Shown here piece by piece: positions 9,305-18,726 of a stretch of DNA of 28,941 bases. The translations under genes were made by a program, and so were the position numbers. The notes below the pieces were generated by a model that saw only the letters and a list, made by a program, of their open reading frames with translations, was not told the origin of the DNA and made no database searches. The stretch is from an uncultured Acidobacteriota bacterium (lineage in GTDB: Bacteria > Acidobacteriota > Thermoanaerobaculia > Multivoradales > JAHEKO01): the NCBI GenBank assembly GCA_963713825.1, contig CAVQNG010000018.1:1-28941 (forward strand), written 5' to 3'. Numbering within the stretch: position 1 is the stretch's first letter; the number at the start of each line of letters is the position of its first letter.

Positions 9305-11101
9305 CTAGCTATCGTCGAAGACGATTGGGTAGAGAACCACTCGTCGGCCTACGTACTTGGATCGGTAAAGCGGTTCGCCAAGTCTCAATCGAGTCTCTTT
9401 CTCGAAGAGCTTCATGTGCTCGTTTGAAGTCGGAGTGTCGGAGAACAGGAAGTGCGAGGGCCGAAGCTCTACCAGGTGCGAAGGAGGATTCACTTTTCTA
9501 AACATGTATATCGTGCGAATGGGGGTGCCCAAAGTCAGGAATGGCGCCCAGTCTCCTGCGATCGAGCCTTCGACCGGAACGACCCGTTCGATATCTCCTG
9601 CAATCTCCCGAGACTGATAGGAGGGGACCAGGTAGAAGCTACCCAGCATCACTGCGTCGCGCAGGAGCATCAATGTCATCAAAAGACTGAAGATCAGCAG
9701 AGTCGAGCGCGGTCTGAGAATGACATTTCGGAAAGCCCAAAGCGTGCCACCGAGCAAGAGAACTGTTGGCAATAGCAAGGTGAAGAACCAGTCCCGAATG
9801 AACCGCTCTGTCAGCCCTGGGCTATCTCCAAGATCGAGCGGTAGATGGAAAAGGAGGTGATAGTTGACTCCTTGGAACACAAGAAACATCAAGAGGGAAG
9901 TCAGTATCAACCCAACGAACGACACAATAAGAGGGATCCTTCCCACAGTTGGCCTCTTCCAGTATGTGAGATGAATCCACTCCAAGATCAACAAGACATA
10001 AGCTGGCAGCAGGGGAACGTAGTAGCGGGTCGGGTGGTATTGAAACAGGCTGAGGAGTATCGGGCCAAATACGGCAAGTCCCAGGAGTCCTGCGCGGTAG
10101 GGATTCCTCAGAAATCGCCGAAAGTCGGTCGAAAGCGCCTGAATCAAGCAGAATAACCCCGTACATACAAGGAACCCTGTCGAGTAAGAAAGGGGGTTGA
10201 GGTAGTTGGAGATCAGAATCTCTCCGGGATCCGCTGATATCCTGCTTGACCATTCCTCGAAAGTGATGACGGCAAGCCAACCGAAGATTACTGCGGCAGG
10301 CAGTCCGAAGCGGAGAAGCACGCTTTTGGGAACGGACTTCCGAGTGAGGGCGCCCATGCCCAAGCCGACTAGGATGGCAGCTGCATAAAGTGCCGCTGAC
10401 AGTTTGATGAACAAAGCGGTGCCGACCGAGAGCGCGACGACGGCTGCCAGCGACCAGAATGGGAACCGCCTTCCATATCTGCGCAGAACGAAGAGACCTG
10501 AGTAAAGGCCAACGCAGATGGGAATCTCGAAGAGAGCAATTCGCGAGAAGAAGAAGAGTAGGTGAGTGGTCCCTAGGGCGACAATCCCGAGCAGCAAGAG
10601 AAGTGGCTGGTAGCGGTTTCTCAGCGCAGCGGCAAACCCGATGAGGAAGATCACGAACCAGCCGATTACGACGAGACGCGCACTTCCAAGCTCTACTCCA
10701 AATGCTCTGAAGGCAATGAATATGAGCCATTGCGTTATTGGACTATTGTCCATCCAACCCTCGTATTGGTCCGCCAGATTCCATCTCACCTCTCCATAGA
10801 GGGCCAGGTTCCGAGGCGACAGAGTCTTATAGCCCTCATCGACGAAGACGCCAACGCTGTACCTGGTCACTTGCCGAGGGGTGTCTGCCTCGAGGTGGAC
10901 CAGTCTCATCGCTCCGAGGGCCAAGATCAGAATCGAGATCGAAAACCACGAGGCTCGAAGTCGAGTCGATCTGGGTGTGATCATCGACCTCGAATTCGCA
11001 GAGTGGCAGTCGATTGCCAGTGAGTTCTTTGAATTGTCCGATGACGTGCTTGGTTTGGGTTCAGTTCTCATCGATTCCGCCACTAGTTTAGGTGCTGGCA
11101 T
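9305..11101 (-). CDS. GT-C superfamily membrane glycosyltransferase (ArnT/PMT-like)
   Basis: Intact 598-aa polytopic protein. First TM is followed by a loop with the acidic pair in VFVDEGY; also GVELGSARL, FFSRIALFE, FIK and PTRYYVPLLP, plus a small soluble C-terminal domain. True start may be downstream of 11101. Confidence 0.75.
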   Translation of the reverse strand: MPAPKLVAESMRTEPKPSTSSDNSKNSLAIDCHSANSRSMITPRSTRLRASWFSISILILALGAMRLVHLEADTPRQVTRYSVGVFVDEGYKTLSPRNLALYGEVRWNLADQYEGWMDNSPITQWLIFIAFRAFGVELGSARLVVIGWFVIFLIGFAAALRNRYQPLLLLLGIVALGTTHLLFFFSRIALFEIPICVGLYSGLFVLRRYGRRFPFWSLAAVVALSVGTALFIKLSAALYAAAILVGLGMGALTRKSVPKSVLLRFGLPAAVIFGWLAVITFEEWSSRISADPGEILISNYLNPLSYSTGFLVCTGLFCLIQALSTDFRRFLRNPYRAGLLGLAVFGPILLSLFQYHPTRYYVPLLPAYVLLILEWIHLTYWKRPTVGRIPLIVSFVGLILTSLLMFLVFQGVNYHLLFHLPLDLGDSPGLTERFIRDWFFTLLLPTVLLLGGTLWAFRNVILRPRSTLLIFSLLMTLMLLRDAVMLGSFYLVPSYQSREIAGDIERVVPVEGSIAGDWAPFLTLGTPIRTIYMFRKVNPPSHLVELRPSHFLFSDTPTSNEHMKLFEKETRLRLGEPLYRSKYVGRRVVLYPIVFDDS

Positions 11102-11413
11102 CTGCTAAACATGGCTGAAGTGAACTATGTTTCCCGAGAAGAGACATTCGAAAAGAACTTCTTGAGATCTTCATTGTTGCGTGTTCTGGTTTTCCTTCGA
11201 TGCATGCCTTTTCGCCCCTGGGGAGCCAAACCCATGATCGAATGAGTAACGGGGTAGGTCACCGGGAAGGGGGCGTTACTTGACCCAGCCTCCAGATTCT
11301 CATTCTTTTCAGGTTGATTAATAGCACAGTCTGTCCAATCGCCAACCCTTATCAATTGAGGATCGTACTTTCCACGCATATCCCTCAGAGGGGGTTCTCT
11401 CGACGGGACACCT

Positions 11414-11550
11414 TGACGTGACCCCCGACTCCGGGCAATCAGAGTGTGAGTTTCGGTCCGATTATGGTCTCTGAAGCCGCCCCCAACGCTGGACCAAGGG
11501 TTGTGAGAAATTCTCGCAGACACCCGGTCCAACTTTCAGGGGATGCCTCA
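11414..11550 (-). mobile_element. 137-bp MITE-like / internally deleted IS3-family-like element
   Basis: Bounded by imperfect inverted ends TGACGTGACCCCCGA (11414, + strand) and TGAGGCATCCCCTGA (11550, - strand); 12 of 25 terminal positions match. The 11509-11550 end is repeated at 3511-3552. No target duplication seen. Confidence 0.5.
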
Positions 11551-11627
11551 ATGAAGAAACGCATAGCCATCGAGCCGATGACCCTACCAAACCGGGCCTC
11601 ACATGGCCGAACTACCTCAATAGACCT

Positions 11628-12461
11628 CTAATCCAGTTCGTAACCGTTGGCCAACATCTCTTCACCGCAGATGCGCTTGAAGGCCTGTTTCAAGTTAGGA
11701 GACCACGAGTTACTGTCAGCAATCCTGTGACTCGACGTCTTGTTTCGTGGCCGGCTCACGGCTACTTCCCAGTCGTCTCGAGCCACCCGCACTCCACACG
11801 GCTCGAGAAGTCTCTCGGCAAAGTACTCGTAGTCGGACAGGAGCTCCTCGAATCGAATCGTCACCCCGATTGCTTCGCGGACAAAGGCATTCTCGGTGCT
11901 CCAATACCAGCAAAGGCGCGAGAAGCGGTCCATCTGCGGCCACTCGCAGCTCCATAGATCATCGGAATGGGGCCTAATCGTCGAGGTATTTGGATCCTCG
12001 GGTGTCATCGTCGCCCGGGCCATCATCGACCGGACCACGTCTCTTCCGTCACGCACGAGATGCAAGAACACCGCGTGCGGAAAGGCTTGGCGAAGAGCGT
12101 AGACGTGCCTGCGCAATATGCTGTTGATTTCGCCGTAGGTAGGCGCCCCCTTCCGACTCGCCCGCAAGAAGATCTCCTTGCTTCGGAATCTCCCGACATA
12201 TCGCTCTGCTTCGACTTGGGAATGGAATGCTCGCTGGTAGGCCTCGAAATCGCGCCGTACCGGCTCGTGAACGACGCAGGCTTTCGGGTCCTTGCCTAGT
12301 AGGTGTGCAAGAAACGAAGTTCCAGATCGGCCCATCCCCAGGACGAAGAACAGGTGTGTGCCCTTCGCCCACTTCGCGACCATCTCCGGACCAATCCAGA
12401 AGCGAGATGCGACCGAATGCTCGTAGAGTCTCTGACGGAATCGGGATATGGCTGCCGACAT
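11628..12461 (-). CDS. PAPS-dependent sulfotransferase
   Basis: 5'-PSB loop GMGRSGTSFLAHLL, HEP, 3'-PB motif HLVRDGRDVVRS, IRFEELL and terminal GY; intact 277 aa. Confidence 0.92.
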   Translation of the reverse strand: MSAAISRFRQRLYEHSVASRFWIGPEMVAKWAKGTHLFFVLGMGRSGTSFLAHLLGKDPKACVVHEPVRRDFEAYQRAFHSQVEAERYVGRFRSKEIFLRASRKGAPTYGEINSILRRHVYALRQAFPHAVFLHLVRDGRDVVRSMMARATMTPEDPNTSTIRPHSDDLWSCEWPQMDRFSRLCWYWSTENAFVREAIGVTIRFEELLSDYEYFAERLLEPCGVRVARDDWEVAVSRPRNKTSSHRIADSNSWSPNLKQAFKRICGEEMLANGYELD

Positions 12462-12670
12462 GGTAGATCGATTATCTAGATGAGTCCAAGAAAGTCACTG
12501 GTCAGATATGGTCATCTTAGTCCGTCAATCATAATCGGCAAATGAACTGTCCCACTGGTCCAAGACAGAGAGTGTCAAACACCAACCACTGCGGGGGAGA
12601 TGATATCCGGTGCTGTTCTTAGGACCGTCGAGCCGCGGTGTTGGCTAGAATCCGCTCCTAGAGTCATCTC

Positions 12671-13800
12671 ATGAGAATCGCCCATTGCATTCACGGCCTC
12701 GGTCTGGGAGGAGCACAAAAAGTCCTCGAGACCTTGGTGACATCTCTGCGAGGCCCGAACTACGAGCATTTCGTCTACTGCTCCCTCGACGGACCGGTTC
12801 GGGCTGGAGTTGAAAGAGCAGGCGCCAGTGTGAGGATTCTCAAACGCCGAGTGCCGAAGCTGGACCCATTGTGGGTTGCGGCACTCTCACGAGCAATGAA
12901 GGAAGATCGCATCGATCTGGTGCACACTCACCTGTTTGGCGATAGTTTGCACGGGTTGATTGCCGCCAAGCGTGCAGGGAATCGACCTGTAGTCACGACA
13001 CTGCACAGTGATCAGACCCGGTTCAGTGCTCTGCAGCAAACTGGATATCGCTGGCTTCTTCCCCGCTGCGCTGCTGTTGTCGCCTGCGCAAAGTCCGTTG
13101 GCGCGTCTTTTGTTGAGGACCAACCCGAACTTTCGGACAGGCTGACTGTCATATCGAATGGAATCGCCCTCGAGGGAACCGATTCGACTGTCGCCAAGTG
13201 AAGCTTCGAGATTGAAAACAGACCTAGGCTTGAAGCCCAGACTCTCTAGTCATCCTGTCGATGGGACGATTCGTCCGAGAGAAAGGCTACCATTCCCTGA
13301 TAGAAGCCTTCTCAGCCCTACCTGGTTCGCTGAAGAACCGAAGTCAGCTGTTGCTCTTGGGGACAGGACCGCTGGAGCGGGAGTTGAAATCTCTGACTAG
13401 GAAGTTGAAGCTATCCTCGAGAGTTCTGCTTCCTGGCTTTCGCTCAGACGTCCGGAAGATCCTTGAGATCTCCGACCTGGTCGTATTCACCTCCCTTTGG
13501 GAGGGGCTTTCCATCGCACTACTAGAGGCGATGGCTGCAAGCAAAGCTATCGTGGCCACTGATATCGCGGCCTTCAAAGATGCTCTCGAGGCAGGAACCG
13601 AGGCTATCTTGGTGCCACCAACCGATTCTCAGGCTCTTTCAACTGCACTCCAGAGGCTTTTGGAAGACGAGTCTGCGAGAGAGGAACTCGGGGAGAGAGC
13701 TTGGCTTCGATTCTCCAACGACTTCACCGCTGCGAAGATGATAGAAAGCTACGAGAAAATCTACAAGCAAGTGCTCTCGAGAGGTAAAGGCTCCGATTGA
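12671..13800 (+). CDS. GT4 glycosyltransferase, frameshifted
   Basis: N-half 12671..13201 (GLGLGGAQK, DLVHTHL, VISNGI) and C-half 13261..13800 (GRFVREKG, SLWEGLSIALLEAMA). Two frameshifts near 13185 and 13236 restore a continuous linker (LSPSEASRLKTDLGLKPDSLVILSMGR). Confidence 0.88.
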
Positions 13801-13930
13801 CTTCGGTGGAGGTACTTGACGATTCTTCGCCTCTGTTACAGAAGCCACTGCAGAACACCGGAGATTACGGTCTCATAGGTCTAGAAATCGGTCCCCATTC
13901 GTTTTGGGAGATTCAAGCGTGGGGCAGACG

Positions 13931-15991
13931 ATGTGGTCGCAACTCGAAGAGTCGATTCGCAAAATCTCGTCGAGCTTGGCGAGACTCACGGCCGGACTGA
14001 TCTTGGTAATTGGCACCTACACAGGGGCTGAATCTCCAGATTCGGCGGAGAACAGCGAAATGACAATCGGCGGGCCGCTCCAACAGGCGGGCCCCGTCGA
14101 GAACCCTGGCTCTGCGGTGCCACCTCGCGGATATCAGTCCCGCCCGTGTGGATTCGATCTGAACCACAATGGGGTCGCCGGTGAGCCTGCCGACTGCAAT
14201 GTCTGCGATGCGTCTCTGGTTAGTGGTAAGGTCGTTTCGGGCACCGACAGATCCTGATGCAGATGGCGTCGAATGAGGACCTCATCTACGTGGATTGTGA
14301 CGGTGGCAGCAACTTCAACTACTGCGGGCCGCCCGGATTTCGACCCTGCGCCACCATCGAGTACGCGTGGGATACGGTCGCCGACGGCCCCGATGATGGC
14401 GCCGAAGACATCGTTTGCTTCACAGGGACGTGTCGCCCTGCCCAGTTTTCCTTCCCCCGTGGAATTCCGTGGCGTTCCCGGACATTGGACCAAGACCAAG
14501 AAAGGATCGGAAACCCGCAATTGGGAATTTCCGAAAGATCCGGCGATGCTTGTAGGCTGGGATCTCGACAATGACGGCAAGTATCCTCCACATGATCAGG
14601 ATGACATCTGCCGATCTTGACGGCTAGCGGATCCAAGTGGGCTTTCATTCTAACCGGTACTACGAAGCAAACTCCTTCTACGAGATGGCTCATTTCCGGG
14701 TCTTCGACTATGGCGTGCACAACTCAACAGGGGAAGGAGGTGGCTTCCTGAATATGTTCGCCACTTCGAAGGCTATCTCGCACGGCCTATATCCATGATC
14801 TTAGCCTAAAGAACATAAACAAGGACGGCCAGTTCTTTTCGTGGGAACATAACCTTCAGCTGGTTCAAGTCACACAAGGCAACTCACATCGCTCTCATCA
14901 ACATCGAGTCATTGAGCGAAGGGTCTTATACATTCAGGGGTGCTGCTGACGTCAATGGAGAGACCGTCGCGGGGCCATGGCGCTTCCAGAACCTCACAAT
15001 ACCGGCGCACGGCTGCAATGTGGGTCCATGCATTCCAAGTCGTTCGTAGAAAATCATTCCCAAGCTCTGGGGCTGGGTCGAGGGTATCGAGTTCCTTGAC
15101 AACCGGTTCGACGCCAATGTGCGGGCTTGGAAGCCGGATAAGGTCAATGGCATCATCGTCAGCGCCTTCACTCGGGACTGGGATATCGTCAACAACGAGC
15201 TTGTAGACTGGGACAGTGCGATCGTTGGCCAGGGAGAGATACCGGACTCGTACGGGGGCAGTCCCCGCTACACCGACGACATAGTGATTCGCGGCAACCT
15301 GATGAGGAACGAGTTTCGGGATGACAACATCTTCGTCAATCTTCACGACAGCGGGGAGAACAACGAGGCGCTCAAGGACGTCTGGATCTTGAACAATGTG
15401 ATGTACAGCACGCTTAGACCTCAAGCATTCATTCGGATCCGACAGGGCAACACCGAGGGACCCAGCGTAACCAACGTCAGAGTCGACAACAATACGCTCT
15501 TCGGGAAGAGCCTCTGCCGCAATAAGGATAGACGACCCACCGAACGCTATAGGCCGATTTAAAAGGATGAAACTCCGAAACAACATCATCAAGGGCATCG
15601 ACCCAGATGACAGAAACGTCCAGTCCGACTACGACCTGGAGTACCTCGACTCGGACTTCAATGTGTTCGACGCGGACGCCTGGTTCAAACTGGGCGAGTC
15701 GGAGGTGCAATCGATCCAGACTGGCGTTCTCTCACTGGGATGGACTCTCATTCCGTCGCCTGTTCGCCGGCGTTTCGTTCCGTTCCTTTCGATTTGCGAC
15801 TTGCGGGGAGCGATACTTGTGCCGTGGACCGAGGAAATTCTCTGACCTACCTGACCTCGAGCGACATCGAAGGAGACAGCCGGCCCTACGGTTCTTCGTG
15901 GGACATCGGCGCGGACGAGTGGAACGGAGGCTTCTTCTGGGACTCTCTCGAAACCGGAGACTTCTCCCACTGGTCAGCTCATGTTCAGTGA
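13931..15991 (+). CDS. Putative secreted right-handed beta-helix protein with choice-of-anchor-Q-like region and FxDxxExGDxSxWS-type C-terminal tail; multiply frameshifted
   Basis: Consecutive fragments: signal-like LARLTAGLILVIGTYTGA; DLNHNG and DLDNDG loops; IYVDCDGGSN...PCATIEYA (DUF1565-like); beta-helix-like repeats IVIRGNLMRN, VWILNNVMYS, VRVDNNTLFG, LRNNIIKG; DLRL...AVDRG...DIEGDSRP...WDIGADE; tail FFWDSLETGDFSHWS. A single gene is inferred. Confidence 0.7.
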
Positions 15992-16223
15992 GGATCCCGA
16001 TACCAACATAGCATCGACAAACAAGATTAGCACCGGAGTCTGAACCGTGGTGAGGAGCCGTTTGTCAACGCTCTGTTAAAGGGCAGTAGATCCTTGCGCC
16101 CGGGGAAACACCAAGCCCTTCTCAATTACATCGAATGTCGCACAGAATCGTGCTACTGTTCCCTGGCTGGGGAAATTCGCACAAGTTCAACTTCTCGACT
16201 GCCTACTTTAGAACCCACTCGAG

Positions 16224-17387
16224 ATGAGGCTGGCCTATTTCCACAACCTATCTTACGGTGACACCGCTCTCCACCACGTTCGACAATTTACAGCAGCCGC
16301 TCTGGCTTCTGGCGTTCATATCGATGTCTGCCCATTAGAGGCGACCTCGAAGGCTGCGACCGACGGTAAGTCAGCAATCCAAGCGGCCCAAACGACTTTG
16401 AAGAGGCTCCTGAGCTTCTACCTGCACGAACCCAAGAAGGTCCTTGTCAATCTGCCTTCATATCGGCGCGCAGTTAGGACCCTTCACCAGATCCAGCCCG
16501 ATGTAGTTCTCGTTCGAAACGAATTACTCACCTTCGACGCCATCCTCGCTGGGCGCAGGATGGGGCTCCCTGTGGTTCTGGAGGTCAATTCGCCAGCCGC
16601 CGAGTCGCGCCGATATCTCGATCAGTATCTACATCTACCCATTCTCCCGGAAGCAATGGAACGCTGGCAGCTTTCCAAAGCTGACAGGGTTACAGTTGTC
16701 TCCAGGGCACTTCGGGAGCACCTTGTTAGTCAGTACCACATCAGATCTGGGAAGTTCAGCGTGATTCCGAATGGTGCAGACCTGGCCATCTTTCGGCCGG
16801 ACTCTTCTGGCGACGCAGATATCGAGAAGGCTCTTGGTCTGGCACCTACCGTGGGGTTTATCGGATCCTTCGAGAAGTGGCACGGAGTTGACCTGCTGCG
16901 CGAGATGACACTCAGGGTGGCCGCTGAACGACCTCAGGTTCGCTTCGTCTTTGTCGGCGACGGCCCTGGAAGAAACGCGCTGGAACAGTCGCTTCGGCCA
17001 TTGAGCGATCGGGTTCTCTTTACTGGAAGAGTTCCACATCAACGCATTCCTGGCATCACGGTCTTGTTAGACGTAGCGGTGATGCCGGAATCCAACTTCT
17101 ATGGCTCACCTTTGAAGGTCATCGAGTGGATGGCAGCTGGTAGGGCAATTGTGGCACCGGACTACGGCCCCCTTTGCGAAATCATCGATTCAGGAAACGA
17201 AGGTCTCCTGTTCAAAAAGCGCTCTGTCGATGACTTGGTGACCTCTGTGGTCAAGCTCGTCGACGACCCGATTCTCAGAGCAAGGCTGGGAGAGGCAGCT
17301 CATCGCCGCGCTGTGGAATCCCTGTCATGGACCCACAACGCCGAGAAGGTCATCGGAGCCTGTAAGCAAGCCATCAAGGAACACTAG
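16224..17387 (+). CDS. GT4 glycosyltransferase
   Basis: Intact 387 aa with LEVNSP, VIPNGAD, GFIGSFEKWHG, VGDGP and SPLKVIEWMAAGRAIV. Confidence 0.92.
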   Translation: MRLAYFHNLSYGDTALHHVRQFTAAALASGVHIDVCPLEATSKAATDGKSAIQAAQTTLKRLLSFYLHEPKKVLVNLPSYRRAVRTLHQIQPDVVLVRNELLTFDAILAGRRMGLPVVLEVNSPAAESRRYLDQYLHLPILPEAMERWQLSKADRVTVVSRALREHLVSQYHIRSGKFSVIPNGADLAIFRPDSSGDADIEKALGLAPTVGFIGSFEKWHGVDLLREMTLRVAAERPQVRFVFVGDGPGRNALEQSLRPLSDRVLFTGRVPHQRIPGITVLLDVAVMPESNFYGSPLKVIEWMAAGRAIVAPDYGPLCEIIDSGNEGLLFKKRSVDDLVTSVVKLVDDPILRARLGEAAHRRAVESLSWTHNAEKVIGACKQAIKEH

Positions 17388-17407
17388 CGGAAGACGCAAC
17401 AACTCTG

Positions 17408-18463
17408 ATGAGTCCGATTCAAACGAGACGGGTAGGACTTCGTTGCCTGGCGTTTTTCGGGGCTGCTTCTGGCCTGACTCGCTCGATCAGGGCTAGACGT
17501 CGACGCAAGAGGGACCATCGACTCTACATTCTCGAGTATCACGATGTAGCCGAGGATGGATCCGAGTTCGAGGGCACGATCTCGCAGAGCCGATTCCAAC
17601 ATCACCTGGATTGGTTGAAGCCTAGGTTCCAGATCACGACCCTTGCGAAAGCGACGGAGATGATGAGCTCGGAGGCAAACCTCGACCATGACCTCGTGAT
17701 CGTGACTTTCGACGATGGCTACGAGGGTAACTACACCGGAGCCTGGCCAGTTCTACAGACTGCTGGAGTACCGGCAACGATCTTCCTGACCACGGGTTTC
17801 CTCGATGGCGAGGAGCTCTGGTTCGACCGGGCGAAAAGATCCCTTTGCGCTGCCCAGACCTCTCCGGAGTCCCTCTCTGAGCAGGCTCTTACCCTCCTAT
17901 TCGAGCTTTACGGCAGCTGGCCACAGAACCGCGATCCCGAAGAACTCATCCAGACCTTCAAGTACCTTGCTCCTGAAAGACGACAAGCTGTGATGAAGGC
18001 ACTGGTCTCTTTACCCCTAGCTTGTGCTCCACCAGCCCGCCCTCTGAGCTGGGACCAAGTCCGCTCAATGCAGCAGGAAGGTGGCATTGAATTCGGAGGT
18101 CACACCGTCACTCACCCGATCCTCTCCCTCCTACCAAAGGGCAGGCAAGAGGAAGAAATCGTGCGGTGCCACAGACGGATACGGGACGAAACCGGGGCAC
18201 CCCCAAGGAGTTTCGCCTACCCGAACGGCTCGACTCGAGATTACACGGACGAAACCGTAGAGATTGTCCGTCGAGCCGGTTATCAGGCTGCCTGTACAAC
18301 CAGGAAAGGTTCAAACCGATTCGAGTGCGACCCCCTGACGCTCTTTCGACTTGGGATCGGCAGCGACCCATTGTGGGTACTGGAAGCTAGACTTTCAGGG
18401 CTATTCGATGAGGGAGTGAGAAGACTCTTGAAGTGGCCAATTCCCGGAAGAGCCGGTTCTTGA
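17408..18463 (+). CDS. Polysaccharide deacetylase (CE4/NodB homology)
   Basis: LEYHDV, VTFDDGY, PATIFL, GGHTVTHPIL and FAYPNG motifs; intact 351 aa. Confidence 0.93.
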   Translation: MSPIQTRRVGLRCLAFFGAASGLTRSIRARRRRKRDHRLYILEYHDVAEDGSEFEGTISQSRFQHHLDWLKPRFQITTLAKATEMMSSEANLDHDLVIVTFDDGYEGNYTGAWPVLQTAGVPATIFLTTGFLDGEELWFDRAKRSLCAAQTSPESLSEQALTLLFELYGSWPQNRDPEELIQTFKYLAPERRQAVMKALVSLPLACAPPARPLSWDQVRSMQQEGGIEFGGHTVTHPILSLLPKGRQEEEIVRCHRRIRDETGAPPRSFAYPNGSTRDYTDETVEIVRRAGYQAACTTRKGSNRFECDPLTLFRLGIGSDPLWVLEARLSGLFDEGVRRLLKWPIPGRAGS

Positions 18464-18726
18464 AGATCTTCTTAATCTCCACGATTTCGCCCTGCCTGAC
18501 AAATCAGAAACCAAAAGCAGCAGCAGAAACGTTGCGAGACCCCAATCGGCTGAGATCTGGTCGAGTCACTACCCCGGCACCAAGAATGGCGGCGAGGTAC
18601 GAGAGCACCCTCGCATACGTCGACTTATGCTCAGGACGGCTGCTGTTCGAAAAGGCGAGGGTGGGCGACATGCGCTCGAACGGCCAGGCGGCGGAAATCC
18701 GAACGGGGATCGGTCGTCATGCCTGG

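Noticed and set aside
9822-10730. 302-aa alternative-frame ORF inside the GT-C gene
   Set aside because: Arg/Ser/Pro-rich off-frame translation with no motifs; the host frame is intact.
11245-11280. Inverted repeat AGTAACG-N22-CGTTACT as a possible riboswitch or operator
   Set aside because: Only 7-bp arms, and I could not match a c-di-GMP or other riboswitch consensus. An Infernal/Rfam scan would be needed.
11125-11532. 135-aa ORF in the intergenic gap
   Set aside because: TTG start inside the MITE-like element, with no protein-like features.
12543-12580. TGAACTGTCCC...GACAG and GAGAGTGTCAAA resembling further IS ends
   Set aside because: No partner repeat or second copy found; too short to support.
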